Below the pieces are notes generated by a model that saw nothing but the letters and a program-made list of their open reading frames with translations, was not told the origin of the DNA and did not search any database. The position numbers and the translations under genes were made by a program. This document shows, in pieces, positions 11,138-21,414 of a stretch of DNA of 64,000 bases (position 1 is the stretch's first letter; each line of letters opens with the position of its first letter). Where the stretch lies: positions 194,301-258,300 of the forward strand of contig JAXHMA010000010.1 of NCBI GenBank assembly GCA_034521835.1, written 5' to 3'. The stretch is from Balneolaceae bacterium. GTDB lineage: Bacteria > Bacteroidota > Rhodothermia > Balneolales > Balneolaceae.

Positions 11138-12472
11138 CTACTGCTCATAAACTGTTTCTTCTCCAAAGGAGCTCCATTTTCGATTAATAATATATAGTCC
11201 GATACCCACCAGCATAATTCCAAGACTGATTGTCGATTCGAGCGGTCGTTCTGTGATCAGGTATCCCATGATGAATGTGTTTGCCAGCAAAAAAAGGGCC
11301 GGCGTAAAGGGATATCCCCATGTCTTGTAGGGCCGCGGCAACTCTGGGCGTCGCCACCTGAGAACATACACTCCAGCAACTGTAAGGGTACTCATCCCGA
11401 TAAGCAAGGCCGTAGCGTAGATCATCACCTGTTCAAATGTAGAAGTATATATGAACAGCAAAATCAGTACGAGCTGAAAAACCAGGGCATTCACCGGGAT
11501 AAACTGCTCGTTCCTGTACGACAATTTCTTCAAAATCTTGTAGTCTTCTCCCATCACCTGCGCAATGCGTGCACCGATAAATACCATGGCGCTGATCGTG
11601 GAGATCATTAGCACAGCTATAAGAATGGATAATATATCCGCAGCGGCCGGACCCAGCATATTTTCAGCTGCCATAAATCCAATCTCAACATTACCTGCCA
11701 ATTCAGGCAACGGCACCATCAACAAGAAGACATAGTTAAGCAAAGTATATAGAACCATTACCAGCAGGGTGGCAATCAGCAAGGCCAGTGGGAGATTGCG
11801 TTGCGGATTTTCGACCTCTCCCACGATATATACCGCCGCATTCCACCCGGTGTATGCGTAGGATACATATACTAATGAAACAGCAAAAAATGGAGTAACC
11901 AGCACCGCCCAGTCCGAATAGTCGGGCATGAGACTAATCGGTTGTGGATTTGCTGCCCAAAAGCCCAGGACTATAAACAGGACAACCACAGCAACTTTGA
12001 TGATAGTAGATCCATTTTGCAAATAGTTACCCCATCGAATACTTGCTCCATGCACAACAGTGATTACAAGTACGGCCAATGCCCCCGTGTGATTTATCGG
12101 AATGGATGGAAATACGGCATGTGTATATTCACCGAGCGCAATTGCGGCAAGGGCCGTTGGCGCAGCAAAACCTGCGGTCAGTGAAACCCATCCCGATAAA
12201 AACCCAATGGAAGGGTGATATATTTCAGAGAGCAAGTGATATTCGCCACCCGACCGTGGCAAAGCAGCCCCCAGCTCACCGTAGGAAAGCGCGCCGGCCA
12301 GGGCAATAATACCGCCCACAATCCAGAGCATGATCAGGGCGAAGATGGATTTGATGCCTGCCACCTGGAACCCGAGCGTCGTAAAAACCCCCGTTCCGAT
12401 CATGTTGGCGACTGCCATAGATATTGCCGTAAACAGCCCTACCGTTTTCTGGGTATCGGAAGAATCAGCCAT
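11138..12472 (-). CDS. APC-superfamily amino acid permease (LAT/SteT-like)
   Basis: ANMIGTGVF, YGELGAALPRSGGEY, YAYTGWN, LPRPYKTWGYP; about 12 TM segments. Confidence 0.9.
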   Translation of the reverse strand: MADSSDTQKTVGLFTAISMAVANMIGTGVFTTLGFQVAGIKSIFALIMLWIVGGIIALAGALSYGELGAALPRSGGEYHLLSEIYHPSIGFLSGWVSLTAGFAAPTALAAIALGEYTHAVFPSIPINHTGALAVLVITVVHGASIRWGNYLQNGSTIIKVAVVVLFIVLGFWAANPQPISLMPDYSDWAVLVTPFFAVSLVYVSYAYTGWNAAVYIVGEVENPQRNLPLALLIATLLVMVLYTLLNYVFLLMVPLPELAGNVEIGFMAAENMLGPAAADILSILIAVLMISTISAMVFIGARIAQVMGEDYKILKKLSYRNEQFIPVNALVFQLVLILLFIYTSTFEQVMIYATALLIGMSTLTVAGVYVLRWRRPELPRPYKTWGYPFTPALFLLANTFIMGYLITERPLESTISLGIMLVGIGLYIINRKWSSFGEETVYEQ

Positions 12473-12515
12473 CTGTTTTACCTGGGGGATGAGGGAGCAT
12501 TTTTTGCATATCCTC

Positions 12516-15248
12516 CTAGTAGTTTAATGTTATTTTTGTGAAGTAGTACGCGCCGCTGAAGCCCTGCTGAGATGGAGGATATTTAAACACTCCGTAGTAG
12601 CTGTTCGGCATCCTGTGCTCTTCCGGGTAAACATCAAAAACGTTGTTGGCCCCTGCCGTAAGGTCAACTCCATCAAATACCTCGTACGTCAGGCTAACAT
12701 CGGTAACAAAGCGTGGATCGTACGTCTGTGCCACCCCAAACGCACCGCCGGTCTGCAGGCTTACCTCCCCGAAGTGTACCCCGCGCACCATTGCCGAAAA
12801 CCGGTCGGTTTCGTATTTCAGGGTGGCCGTGAGCTTTGTTTTGGGTGTTCCCTCTTCCAGCTGCAGGCGATCCCAGGGCTGCAGGTACGAGTCGGCCTGA
12901 TTTTCGAGTTGTGGAGTGGTATCAACGGCCCCCTGTACTTCCACCTGGTTCAGGTTACCGGCCAGCGAAATATTAAGCAGATTGTCATTTGGCAGTGGCT
13001 GGTTGTAGGTGGCTACGATATCAGCACCACGGGTCCGGGTATCGATGGCGTTGGTAAAGAAATTGGCGGCCTGTACCCCGTAGTCGCGGAGCTCATCTGC
13101 TATGTCTTCCGGTAGGCCATTAACATTAAAATTGCTGGTCAGGATGATGCGATCTTCTACATCTATCTGGTAGAAGTCGGCCGTAAGACTCAGGTTCTGC
13201 AATGGGCGCAGGGTAAATCCGAGACTATAGTTGGTTGAGGTTTCCTCATGCAGGTCAGGAATACCCAGCAGGTCGGCGGGACGGCTGTCATTGCTGAACG
13301 TACCGATCTGTACCAGCCTGTTGTTGTCGTTGAAATCAGTAGTAACCTTATTGTATGAGGCCTGGTGCAGCGAGGGAGCCCTGAACCCGGTGTTCACTGC
13401 GCCCCGCAATACCAATGCATCCCCGAAGAGATAGCGCGCCGAAATCTTGCCGTTCAGGGTATTCCCAAAATCACTGTACCGTTCAAAGCGGGAGGCTGCC
13501 GTTACAAGTAGTTCAGGGGTTACATTCACCTCCACATCGGCAAAAGCAGCGATATTGGTCCGGTCGGTATCCACTTCATCAGAGGGGCGAAATCCCGGGT
13601 AGCCCTGTGACCCGGCGGGGCGGCCCAGGGTATCTACCTGCCCGACAATCACACCATTCGACACACTGTCAGCAATGCCATAATTACGCCAGGAAGCCTC
13701 ATCCCCGGCGTTAATGCTGTAGGAGTCGACCCTGAATTCCGATCCGAATGCCACATTTATGCCGGAAAGGGCCTCGTCAAAAAGGCGAGAAAAGGTCAGA
13801 CTTGTCACATTCTGGCTGAAAAAGAAGCCGCCCACGTCAAATGCTGTGGGTGAGGAACTCCCCATACTTGCATTTACACTGTTTACTACGCGAAAATCGA
13901 ACCCGTTACTTCCGTAGCTGTTGCTGAAATCAACATTCCATCCGCCAATTGTACCACGAACTCCGGTCGTCAGCGATCGGTCGGTTATTGATGATTCGGT
14001 CAAAGGCTGAAATCCGTGGGGATAAATTGCGGTAACATTACCGTTATCGATAGGCAACCGGCGAAACGGATACCCGGTACCCTGCTTGTTGCTTAATCCC
14101 CCAAAAGCATACACTTCCGTGCCCTGTTCATCGAGCGGGACCGCCATATTAAAGAAGGAGGAGGCGATCTCCATGCCCGGTTCGCCGATATGGAATTTAA
14201 AATCGTCCCGGGTCTTGCCATTTTGCTCAATGATGTCATTATCCTGGGCGCGCGCCTGCTCAGGGTTTTCATCCAGCGGGTAGGCAAAACCTGGCGTGTA
14301 AACGTGGAGTGCGTGCTTACCGGTACGATTGGTGCTTTCACGATTGGTGAATGATCCCGTGATATTGAGGTAGCCTTCATTGCCAAGCTCAAAACCGTAA
14401 TTGGCGTTAATTTTCGCAGTCTCCCCATCTCCTTCCTTGTGAATACCCGTGGTGGCACTCGCGGTCAATCCCCCTGTATTTTCTTTGAGAATAATATTAA
14501 TTACACCGGCGATGGCATCGGAACCGTATTGTGCGGAAGCGCCATCCCGCAACACCTCGATACGATCAATAGCGGCAGTAGGAATTACAGATAAATCCGT
14601 ACCTACCGATCCTCTGCCACCTCCCAGCAGATTAACCAGAGAGCTGGTATGGCGACGTTTGCCATTTACCAATACCAGCAGCTGATCTGGCCCCATGCCG
14701 CGCAATGATGCGGGTGCTATATGTTCCGATTCATCGGCGCTAGACTGGCGATTGGATTGAAACGAAGGGGCTACATAGGTCAACAGCTGATTCAGGTCAA
14801 CCTGGGGCGATTCAATATCCAGCTCTTCCATCGAGATTACATCAACCGGCACAGCCGATTCAACTCTACTGCGCCCGCCCGACCTGGTACCGGTAACTAC
14901 AATTTCACTTCCTGTAACAGAGGAGGAGACCAGCTGAATATTCAACGTCCGGGTCTCTCCTGAACTTAACCCGGAGAGCGTTTTCGTACGCGTTTCAAAT
15001 CCCACATAGGAAAACTGTATTTCAACATCGCCCGTTGGTACGGTCAGGGAATACGTGCCATCCCGATCGGTAACCGTACCACGCTGAGAACCGACAAGAC
15101 GAATATTTACACCCGGCAGCTCATCACCGGTGTTCTCTTCAACCACAGTACCAGAAACGGTTGCGGTTTGTTGTGCCTGACTCAGAAGTGGAATCAGAAG
15201 AAGTGAGACTATAAGCAGATAGAAAGAAGAGCTTTTAAAAGGAACCAT
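12516..15248 (-). CDS. TonB-dependent receptor with N-terminal carboxypeptidase-regulatory-like domain
   Basis: Signal peptide, EIVVTGTR, LRGMGPDQLLVLVNGKRRH plug, IEVLRDGASAQYGSDAIAGVINIILK, GANNVFDVYP, terminal aromatic residue. Confidence 0.93.
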   Translation of the reverse strand: MVPFKSSSFYLLIVSLLLIPLLSQAQQTATVSGTVVEENTGDELPGVNIRLVGSQRGTVTDRDGTYSLTVPTGDVEIQFSYVGFETRTKTLSGLSSGETRTLNIQLVSSSVTGSEIVVTGTRSGGRSRVESAVPVDVISMEELDIESPQVDLNQLLTYVAPSFQSNRQSSADESEHIAPASLRGMGPDQLLVLVNGKRRHTSSLVNLLGGGRGSVGTDLSVIPTAAIDRIEVLRDGASAQYGSDAIAGVINIILKENTGGLTASATTGIHKEGDGETAKINANYGFELGNEGYLNITGSFTNRESTNRTGKHALHVYTPGFAYPLDENPEQARAQDNDIIEQNGKTRDDFKFHIGEPGMEIASSFFNMAVPLDEQGTEVYAFGGLSNKQGTGYPFRRLPIDNGNVTAIYPHGFQPLTESSITDRSLTTGVRGTIGGWNVDFSNSYGSNGFDFRVVNSVNASMGSSSPTAFDVGGFFFSQNVTSLTFSRLFDEALSGINVAFGSEFRVDSYSINAGDEASWRNYGIADSVSNGVIVGQVDTLGRPAGSQGYPGFRPSDEVDTDRTNIAAFADVEVNVTPELLVTAASRFERYSDFGNTLNGKISARYLFGDALVLRGAVNTGFRAPSLHQASYNKVTTDFNDNNRLVQIGTFSNDSRPADLLGIPDLHEETSTNYSLGFTLRPLQNLSLTADFYQIDVEDRIILTSNFNVNGLPEDIADELRDYGVQAANFFTNAIDTRTRGADIVATYNQPLPNDNLLNISLAGNLNQVEVQGAVDTTPQLENQADSYLQPWDRLQLEEGTPKTKLTATLKYETDRFSAMVRGVHFGEVSLQTGGAFGVAQTYDPRFVTDVSLTYEVFDGVDLTAGANNVFDVYPEEHRMPNSYYGVFKYPPSQQGFSGAYYFTKITLNY

Positions 15249-15375
15249 TAGCTTATTATGTGTTTTAAAGTCGTGATTTGTAGTAATGGGAAGTTCGTAT
15301 AGTATACTTTCTTCAGGAAACTTTTAATCTATTCTTCCGGAGTTCCGATCTTTATAAGAAGAAAGGGATTAAACG

Positions 15376-15495
15376 TTACCGGAAATTGGTGAGGCTGATA
15401 CAAGAGTAGCAGCAACAAAGGCAATCTGACAAAAGGGTAGGAATGAAAGAGACTGAAATCATGGCTGGTATCCTTTCGACATTATTTTTATTCAT
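15376..15495 (-). promoter_or_regulatory. Putative Cys-rich leader peptide (39 aa), candidate attenuator
   Basis: Hand translation MNKNNVERIPAMISVSFIPTLLSDCLCCCYSCISLTNFR*; stop 127 nt upstream of the TBDR start. Confidence 0.55.
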
Positions 15496-15654
15496 AATTT
15501 CAATATGATGTGCCAGATTATTATTAACTGAAACAGTTTACAGCGTTTGTCAACGGCCCATTTTGATAGCGGTAAAGCTAAGTACTTGTCTTTTTAATGT
15601 AAAATACCGCCTTGAAAAGAGGTTCGGATAAGCAGCATACGTGCTATTAAAAAA

Positions 15655-16468
15655 TTACGGAGCCGAAACCAGTGAAATGTTTTCTGCCACCAATCCCTTG
15701 TCGCTGTCTGAAAGATCAAACTCAAAAATCAGCTCCCTGCTGGGCAGAAAACTAGTGTTAAAATTCTCTTCAAACTGGGATATATGGGCAAATACGGTTT
15801 TGAAGGGCGAGCCCTCGAAGCGTGAGTCGGTAATCCATAGATGCTCGTTGATAGCTACCAAGTACCTCAGAAAACCGTAGCCGTCATTGTGGGAAAAATC
15901 ATAACAGACGCCCCTGACACGCGATCCTACTTCTCCCCATTCATAGGGCGATTCAATAGGCAGCAGACCCGGTATCATATATCCTGAGATATACATATCC
16001 GCTTTTCTTTTGAGCTTGCTGGAAATCGAGTCGAACCCGACGATTTCCACGCGAGATCCTTTTTGCTGTACGGTCTCCACCAAGCGACTAAAACTGGCTT
16101 TATTGGTTAGTAGAACCACTTTATCCAGCTCTTTTGCCTGTTCTAAAATATCTACAGCCATATCCACATCTACTGCGGAATGGACAAGCGGATCTCCTTC
16201 GGTATCTTCTTTGTTGGTCAACGGTTTTTCGATGACCTTATATTCATAATCACGAAGAACCTCTGCAAATCGCGTGGCCTTTTCCCGGTATGAGGTATCG
16301 CGCTCTGCACGTTCGGCATCATAAATTTGATATACATTCAGCCGGGCAGGGTACTCTCCACCCCGTGTTGCAAACTTTCTTAGAATCTCATACCGCAGGC
16401 CAAATCCCCCGTTTTGAGAAAACATTTGCTGCGTCAACATAGACTCCTACTTTCTTATCGTTCCCCAT
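15655..16468 (-). CDS. NYN (LabA/DUF88) domain protein with C-terminal cold-shock-like OB fold; true start 16468, one indel near the 5' end
   Basis: MGNDKKVGVYVDAAN from 16468 joins the ORF at 16440; AVDVDM; C-term GYGFL...VFAHISQF (RNP1/RNP2-like). Confidence 0.75.
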
Positions 16469-16563
16469 AATAATTATTACAAACTTCGATCAGATTAAAT
16501 AATCTAATTATTCTGGTAGGTTAAGCCCGGTTGTATTTTCCAGGCGATAAATACTTGCTGGAA

Positions 16564-18030
16564 TTAAACTTTGGTTTCGCTGAAGGCTGTCACACACATC
16601 GTAACTACGCCTAACGATAACAACAGAAGGTTGGCTGTCCATTCCGAACTAAACCATCCCGAAAGGTAGGGCTGGGCCAGCAAGCAGAGAGCGGCGATAG
16701 CAATGGTAACAAAGGCGCGGAGCAGCTGGTAGTCCACCGGGTACACCTTCTGGCTGCGCCGATAGAGCAATAGCGCCATCGAACAATAGCTGACGAGGGT
16801 GGCGATAGCAGAGCCCATCATGCCGAAGAAGGGAATCAAAACCAGGTTTAGCACCACCGTGATGGCAGCTCCGGCAAGCGTGATCTGGGGAAGTATCTTG
16901 GTTTCTTCTTCGATAAAGATGCCGGCCGAAAAATTTACGTACCACCCCTGGAACCAGTACGCCGCCAGCAGCAGGGGTACTATATGGAGTCCCATCCAGT
17001 AGTCTTGCCCGATTATATAAGCATTAATGATGGGGATTTTAATCTGAACAATCTGTGCGGCAAAAAGAGCCACAACCAGAAAAGCGATGCCTGCTACCAC
17101 GTTAAAGTAACGGAACACATCCCGAAAAAGCTCTTTGGCGTCAGGATCGTCTGAATGCCGCAGGAAAAACGGTTGCCAGGCCATCCTGAACATCTGCACA
17201 AGCAACAGCATAAACACGGAAAGTTTGTAGCACGCACTGTATATACCTACGATATCATCCGGCACCATTCCAGGATTGTACAGTTCGGAGACGGTGGCTT
17301 GAGACATGTAGTTGCCGAGGAAAAAACGATCGAGCATTTCGTTGATCACATATCCCAGCGATGCGGGAATAAACGGCAGACCAAAACGCAGCGCCTTTCG
17401 GAATATAGGGGTATTCCAAGAGCCCGTGAACATATCAGCCGTGACCCCCCAGACCACTAATGCTGTTAAACACGATGCGATAAAGCTGGCAAAAAAGACG
17501 GCGTCGATCCCCCAGCCCAATCCCAAAATGAGGTAAAACTGCAGGGCCACATTGACGACAATATTGCCGGTCTTCAGCACAGCGAACATCCACTGCCGGC
17601 GTACCAGCCGAAGTTCGGCGAAGGGTACAATCACCATGGTATCGAACCACACGATACCGAGCATCAGCCAGTAGAGATTTTGGTTGCCAGTAGCCTGCAG
17701 GTTCATCGCCGGCATTACGGCAGGGGCCAAAAAGAAAAAGAGGATGACCAACAACGTTGCAACGCCAGCTAACGCAAGCTGAATAGTTTTAAAAATATCG
17801 GTGGCTTTCTCACGATCTTTGGCATACCGGAGATAGGCCGACTCCATCCCAAAGGTAAAAATGACATTTAAAAACGCTAGCCCGGCATAAACTAAATTTA
17901 CCACCCCGTACTCGGAAGGAACAAAAGCAGCCGTGTGCACGGGAACAAGCAGGTAGCCGATAAACCGCGCCAGTACGCTGCTGATGCCATAGACCAGGGA
18001 ATCGGAAAGAAGTTCTTTAAGTTTCTTCAA
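16564..18030 (-). CDS. Oligosaccharide flippase (Wzx/MOP family)
   Basis: SDSLVYGISSVLARFIGYLLVP..EYGV, FGLPFIP, DRFFL, VGIYSACYK, LNLVLIPFFGMMGSAIAT. Confidence 0.88.
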   Translation of the reverse strand: MKKLKELLSDSLVYGISSVLARFIGYLLVPVHTAAFVPSEYGVVNLVYAGLAFLNVIFTFGMESAYLRYAKDREKATDIFKTIQLALAGVATLLVILFFFLAPAVMPAMNLQATGNQNLYWLMLGIVWFDTMVIVPFAELRLVRRQWMFAVLKTGNIVVNVALQFYLILGLGWGIDAVFFASFIASCLTALVVWGVTADMFTGSWNTPIFRKALRFGLPFIPASLGYVINEMLDRFFLGNYMSQATVSELYNPGMVPDDIVGIYSACYKLSVFMLLLVQMFRMAWQPFFLRHSDDPDAKELFRDVFRYFNVVAGIAFLVVALFAAQIVQIKIPIINAYIIGQDYWMGLHIVPLLLAAYWFQGWYVNFSAGIFIEEETKILPQITLAGAAITVVLNLVLIPFFGMMGSAIATLVSYCSMALLLYRRSQKVYPVDYQLLRAFVTIAIAALCLLAQPYLSGWFSSEWTANLLLLSLGVVTMCVTAFSETKV

Positions 18031-18143
18031 AAAAGTAGTTAAGGCTTGTCAGTTGTCAAAGTCTGATGGGTTATTGCCACAAATACCAGGGAAAAGTTCG
18101 TCACTGCAACATCTGTTAGCGGTATTTTTTGGATTTTTTTGAT

Positions 18144-18581
18144 TCAGTCTTTCTCGCTCAAAAGCTGCTCCACTGCCTGAATTCCGAGCAGGTAACTGTA
18201 TTTGCCAAAGCCTGCTATAATGCCGGATGATACGGCCCCGGTCAGGGTTTGATGGCGAAATTCTTCACGGGCATGGATATTGGAAAGGTGTACCTCCACG
18301 GCGGGAACAGCCAGCATCTCCAGTGCATCCCGGATAGCCACCGATGTATGGGTATAAGCCCCGAAATTGGCGACCAGTCCCTCAAACTCCCCATGCATCA
18401 ACTTGTGGATAGCACTGACGATCTCACCTTCACTGTTACTTTGAAAAAAGGTAAAATCATGATTCGGATACTTTTTTTTGATCAGTATTTGGATATCGGC
18501 CAGGGTATCTGAGCCGTACTGCTCTTTATCTCGCTTGCCCAGCATATTAAGATTGGGCCCATTAAGAATAAAAAGCTTCAT
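18144..18581 (-). CDS. aroQ: Type II 3-dehydroquinate dehydratase
   Basis: LNGPNLNMLGKR, FQSNSEG, AYTHTSVAIRDA, EVHLSNIHAREEFRH. Confidence 0.97.
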   Translation of the reverse strand: MKLFILNGPNLNMLGKRDKEQYGSDTLADIQILIKKKYPNHDFTFFQSNSEGEIVSAIHKLMHGEFEGLVANFGAYTHTSVAIRDALEMLAVPAVEVHLSNIHAREEFRHQTLTGAVSSGIIAGFGKYSYLLGIQAVEQLLSEKD

Positions 18582-18978
18582 AATTCTACCTCTGCACTTA
18601 TTTTCTTGGCCAGTTCTTTCATTTCATTTTCCGTCACCTCCACATTGTGGCCCAACGCCATAACCTGGCGCGTTTTATAGAGCGGAACCAGGTGAAGGTG
18701 CGCGTGTGGTACCTCCAGTCCCTGCACAATAATACCTGTGCGCAGCGGCTCAAGCGCCCGGTCGATAGCCCCCGATACCTCTCGGGCCACATCCATCGTG
18801 CTGTGATACAGTTCATCAGGCAGATCAAAGAAGTAATCGATCTCCTGCTTGGGTACCACCAGGGTATGTCCGCGAGCTATTGGATTGATATCCAGAAAAT
18901 ACGATGTGATCATCTGTTTTCCGCAATTTTGTGGCAGGGGATTTCACCCTCAATAATCTTGGTAAAAATAGTAGCCAT
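18578..18978 (-). CDS. HIT family nucleotide hydrolase (one indel)
   Basis: MATIFTKIIEGEIP from 18978; LDINPIARGHTLVVPK; VPHAHLHLVP histidine triad. Confidence 0.9.
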
Positions 18979-19100
18979 AATTCTGCTGTTGCTCTCGTTT
19001 AGGTTATGGTTTGCCATATTATATCGTTTTACTAAATGATTTTCAGGAATTAGAGCGTGAAAAGCGGGATTAGTCCGCCAGCTTATAAAATAATCGAGAT

Positions 19101-20039
19101 TCAGAACGTTCTTCTGCTATCTCTTCCGACTTCATGCCCCAGTCCAGGTAACCTATCACTTCTGGAAAACACCAGGAAGGCATCTCCCCGCTTCATCGCC
19201 TTGGGAAACATCCGCTTGGACAGCTGTAACAGGGAATGAGGATGTTTTGCGATTATCTGCTTTAGTTTCTGCATAACGCGACTCATGCTCTGCCAGATGA
19301 TGCTCTATCACCTTCCCGAATATCATAAATAAAATTGCCATGGCCCGGAAGCAGGGAACCATTTTGGGATTTAAGCCACTCCAGGGAATCTCGATACTGG
19401 AGCAGACTTTTGTTGCGCTGTTCAGTATCGGGATCAAAATTAATCAGAGCGTTGGTGGTGATATGCTCCAGCAACAGATCTCCGCCAAAAATCAGGCCGT
19501 TCTCCTCCACAAAAACAAGGTGACCAGCAGCATGGCCCGGCGTATGTTTTACCGTAAATTGCATGCGTCCGCTGGAGAGCGTATCGCCATCGGAAATCCA
19601 ATGCGGGGTGATGGGCAACTGAAACTGCTGTAGCCAGTCAAGCTGTTCTACCATGCGCCGAATGGCATTCTGTGGAACTGAGTGCCGATTAAATGATCAG
19701 CAAACAGCTCGCGATCGTTATTTCCTGAAAAATTGCACCGGCCCCTGGGTGACCGTAAACTGTTAGCACCCGACTCTTCCGCAAGCAGCGCCGCCTGCCC
19801 AAAATGATCAGGATGCCCGTGCGGTTCAGCCATATTTCATCGAGATCTTCAATGTTTAATCCCTGCTGCTTCAATGCATGCTGTACTTTTTCATACGCCC
19901 GTTCCTCATGTTGACCGCAGTCCACCAGCACTACTTTTTCATCTTTCAGCAGGTAGCTGTACACAGCACCAACAGCAAACGGAGTCTGAATTTTATATCG
20001 GAAAACAACCTCACCGATGTATGACTCATGTTCTTTCAA
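19101..20039 (-). CDS. MBL-fold metallo-hydrolase, frameshifted
   Basis: VLVDCG, H.HPDHFG, HTPGHAAGH, FGGDLLL, LLPGHG across fragments. Confidence 0.85.
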
Positions 20040-20209
20040 CGTTCAATATTTGGTTACATTTGCAAAAGTGCTTCTAAAAGTAGGCAATGATTTCGGTCCC
20101 TGCCTGATATCGTCATTTCCACCAGTTTCAGTGGAACTGTTTCCCTGGCTGCTGATTTTAAATCGAGTGTTCGTTATACTGCTGTTAACCTCCAATCAAC
20201 AGACTCGTC

Positions 20210-21246
20210 ATGACTTCTAAAACGCTGGACGACGACAACCGGACCGATCACAAAATAGGTTATTTCGAACAGTTGCCAACCCACGTTCGCGATTTGCGAA
20301 ATACCCCGCCCGAATGTTTTTGAAGATGTAAGCTACACCGACTGGTCATCGCTTCAGCTGGAAAGAGAGTGAATCGCCCATACAAAGTGGACAACTGGGC
20401 AGCCGGCAAGAGAACAGTGGGAGAATGAGTATGACCAGCAGATGCCGGTTAAGAGGGGCTGGGAGTATTTTAACCGTTCCTTTCACCCAGCTATTTATCA
20501 AAGATGTGCCGCAGCAGAAGAAAGAGGCGCGGTCCGATGTCTGGAAATCGCTCCTAAGCCTTGATATTCACGGTGGCAAAGAAGCGCTCGAAGAACTGGT
20601 ACAGCTGCTTGTCTGGAACAAAGTACACCGCGTAGAAGATGCCATCTGGGATCCGCGCGGCAAGCGTGCCTCTTCCAGGATTTGGATGTCAGAAAACCGA
20701 ACGTCCTGTTCCTTGGAGCGGCTGACGGCTACGAGGCGATGCAGTTGCTGGCACAGTATTCCGGCGGACATGCAGTGCTGGTTGATTATGATGAATTTTG
20801 CAAGACCGATCGCTTCGGCAAGTTTCCCGAACACTATCCTTTTCTTCGGGAAAAATCCGGCTACGGGAAGCCCCAAGGTGTGGTACAAAGAGGATATGAA
20901 TATCAATTTTGTGGTGGAGGATATCCGCAACCTGACATACGGCAAAGAGTTCGATATTGTGGTAAGCATCGGTCTGATTGAGCACTTTCCCGACGAGTAC
21001 AAGCACGAAGCGTTTGCAATGCATCGCCGATTCCTGAAACCGGGCGGATATGCCATTTTAACGACTCCACGTAACCAGTTGCGGAGCCGCGCTTTTTACA
21101 CTGTCATGAGCGATTACATGAACTATGGTTACCGGGAGCTGATGGATATCTACCAAATGGGGCTATATGCATGGGAAAACGGATTCAAGATTCTGCGCGC
21201 CGGCTACATCAAAGCCCATAACGGTCTGATTTGTAAAGTTCGCTGA
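20210..21246 (+). CDS. Class I SAM-dependent methyltransferase, frameshifted
   Basis: VLFLGAADG, VEDIRNL, FDIVVSIGLIEHF, LKPGGYAILTTP; ATG at 20210. Confidence 0.75.
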
Positions 21247-21414
21247 ATCCTGCATCAAAGTTTTATTGAGCGCTGTAAAAGGAAAAGCAGGTAAAAACAA
21301 ACAGACCCGGCTTCCACCAGGCCTGCTTAATCGTTAAATAATGCATGATTGAACGGAATGGGTCCGCACACCATACGATAGGATAGTAGACCCTGAAGAT
21401 TGTCAGGGTTTCTT

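Noticed and set aside
12516-15248. SusC/SusD polysaccharide utilisation locus, or cobalamin riboswitch control
   Set aside because: No SusD or CAZyme neighbour, and no recognisable riboswitch consensus in the leader
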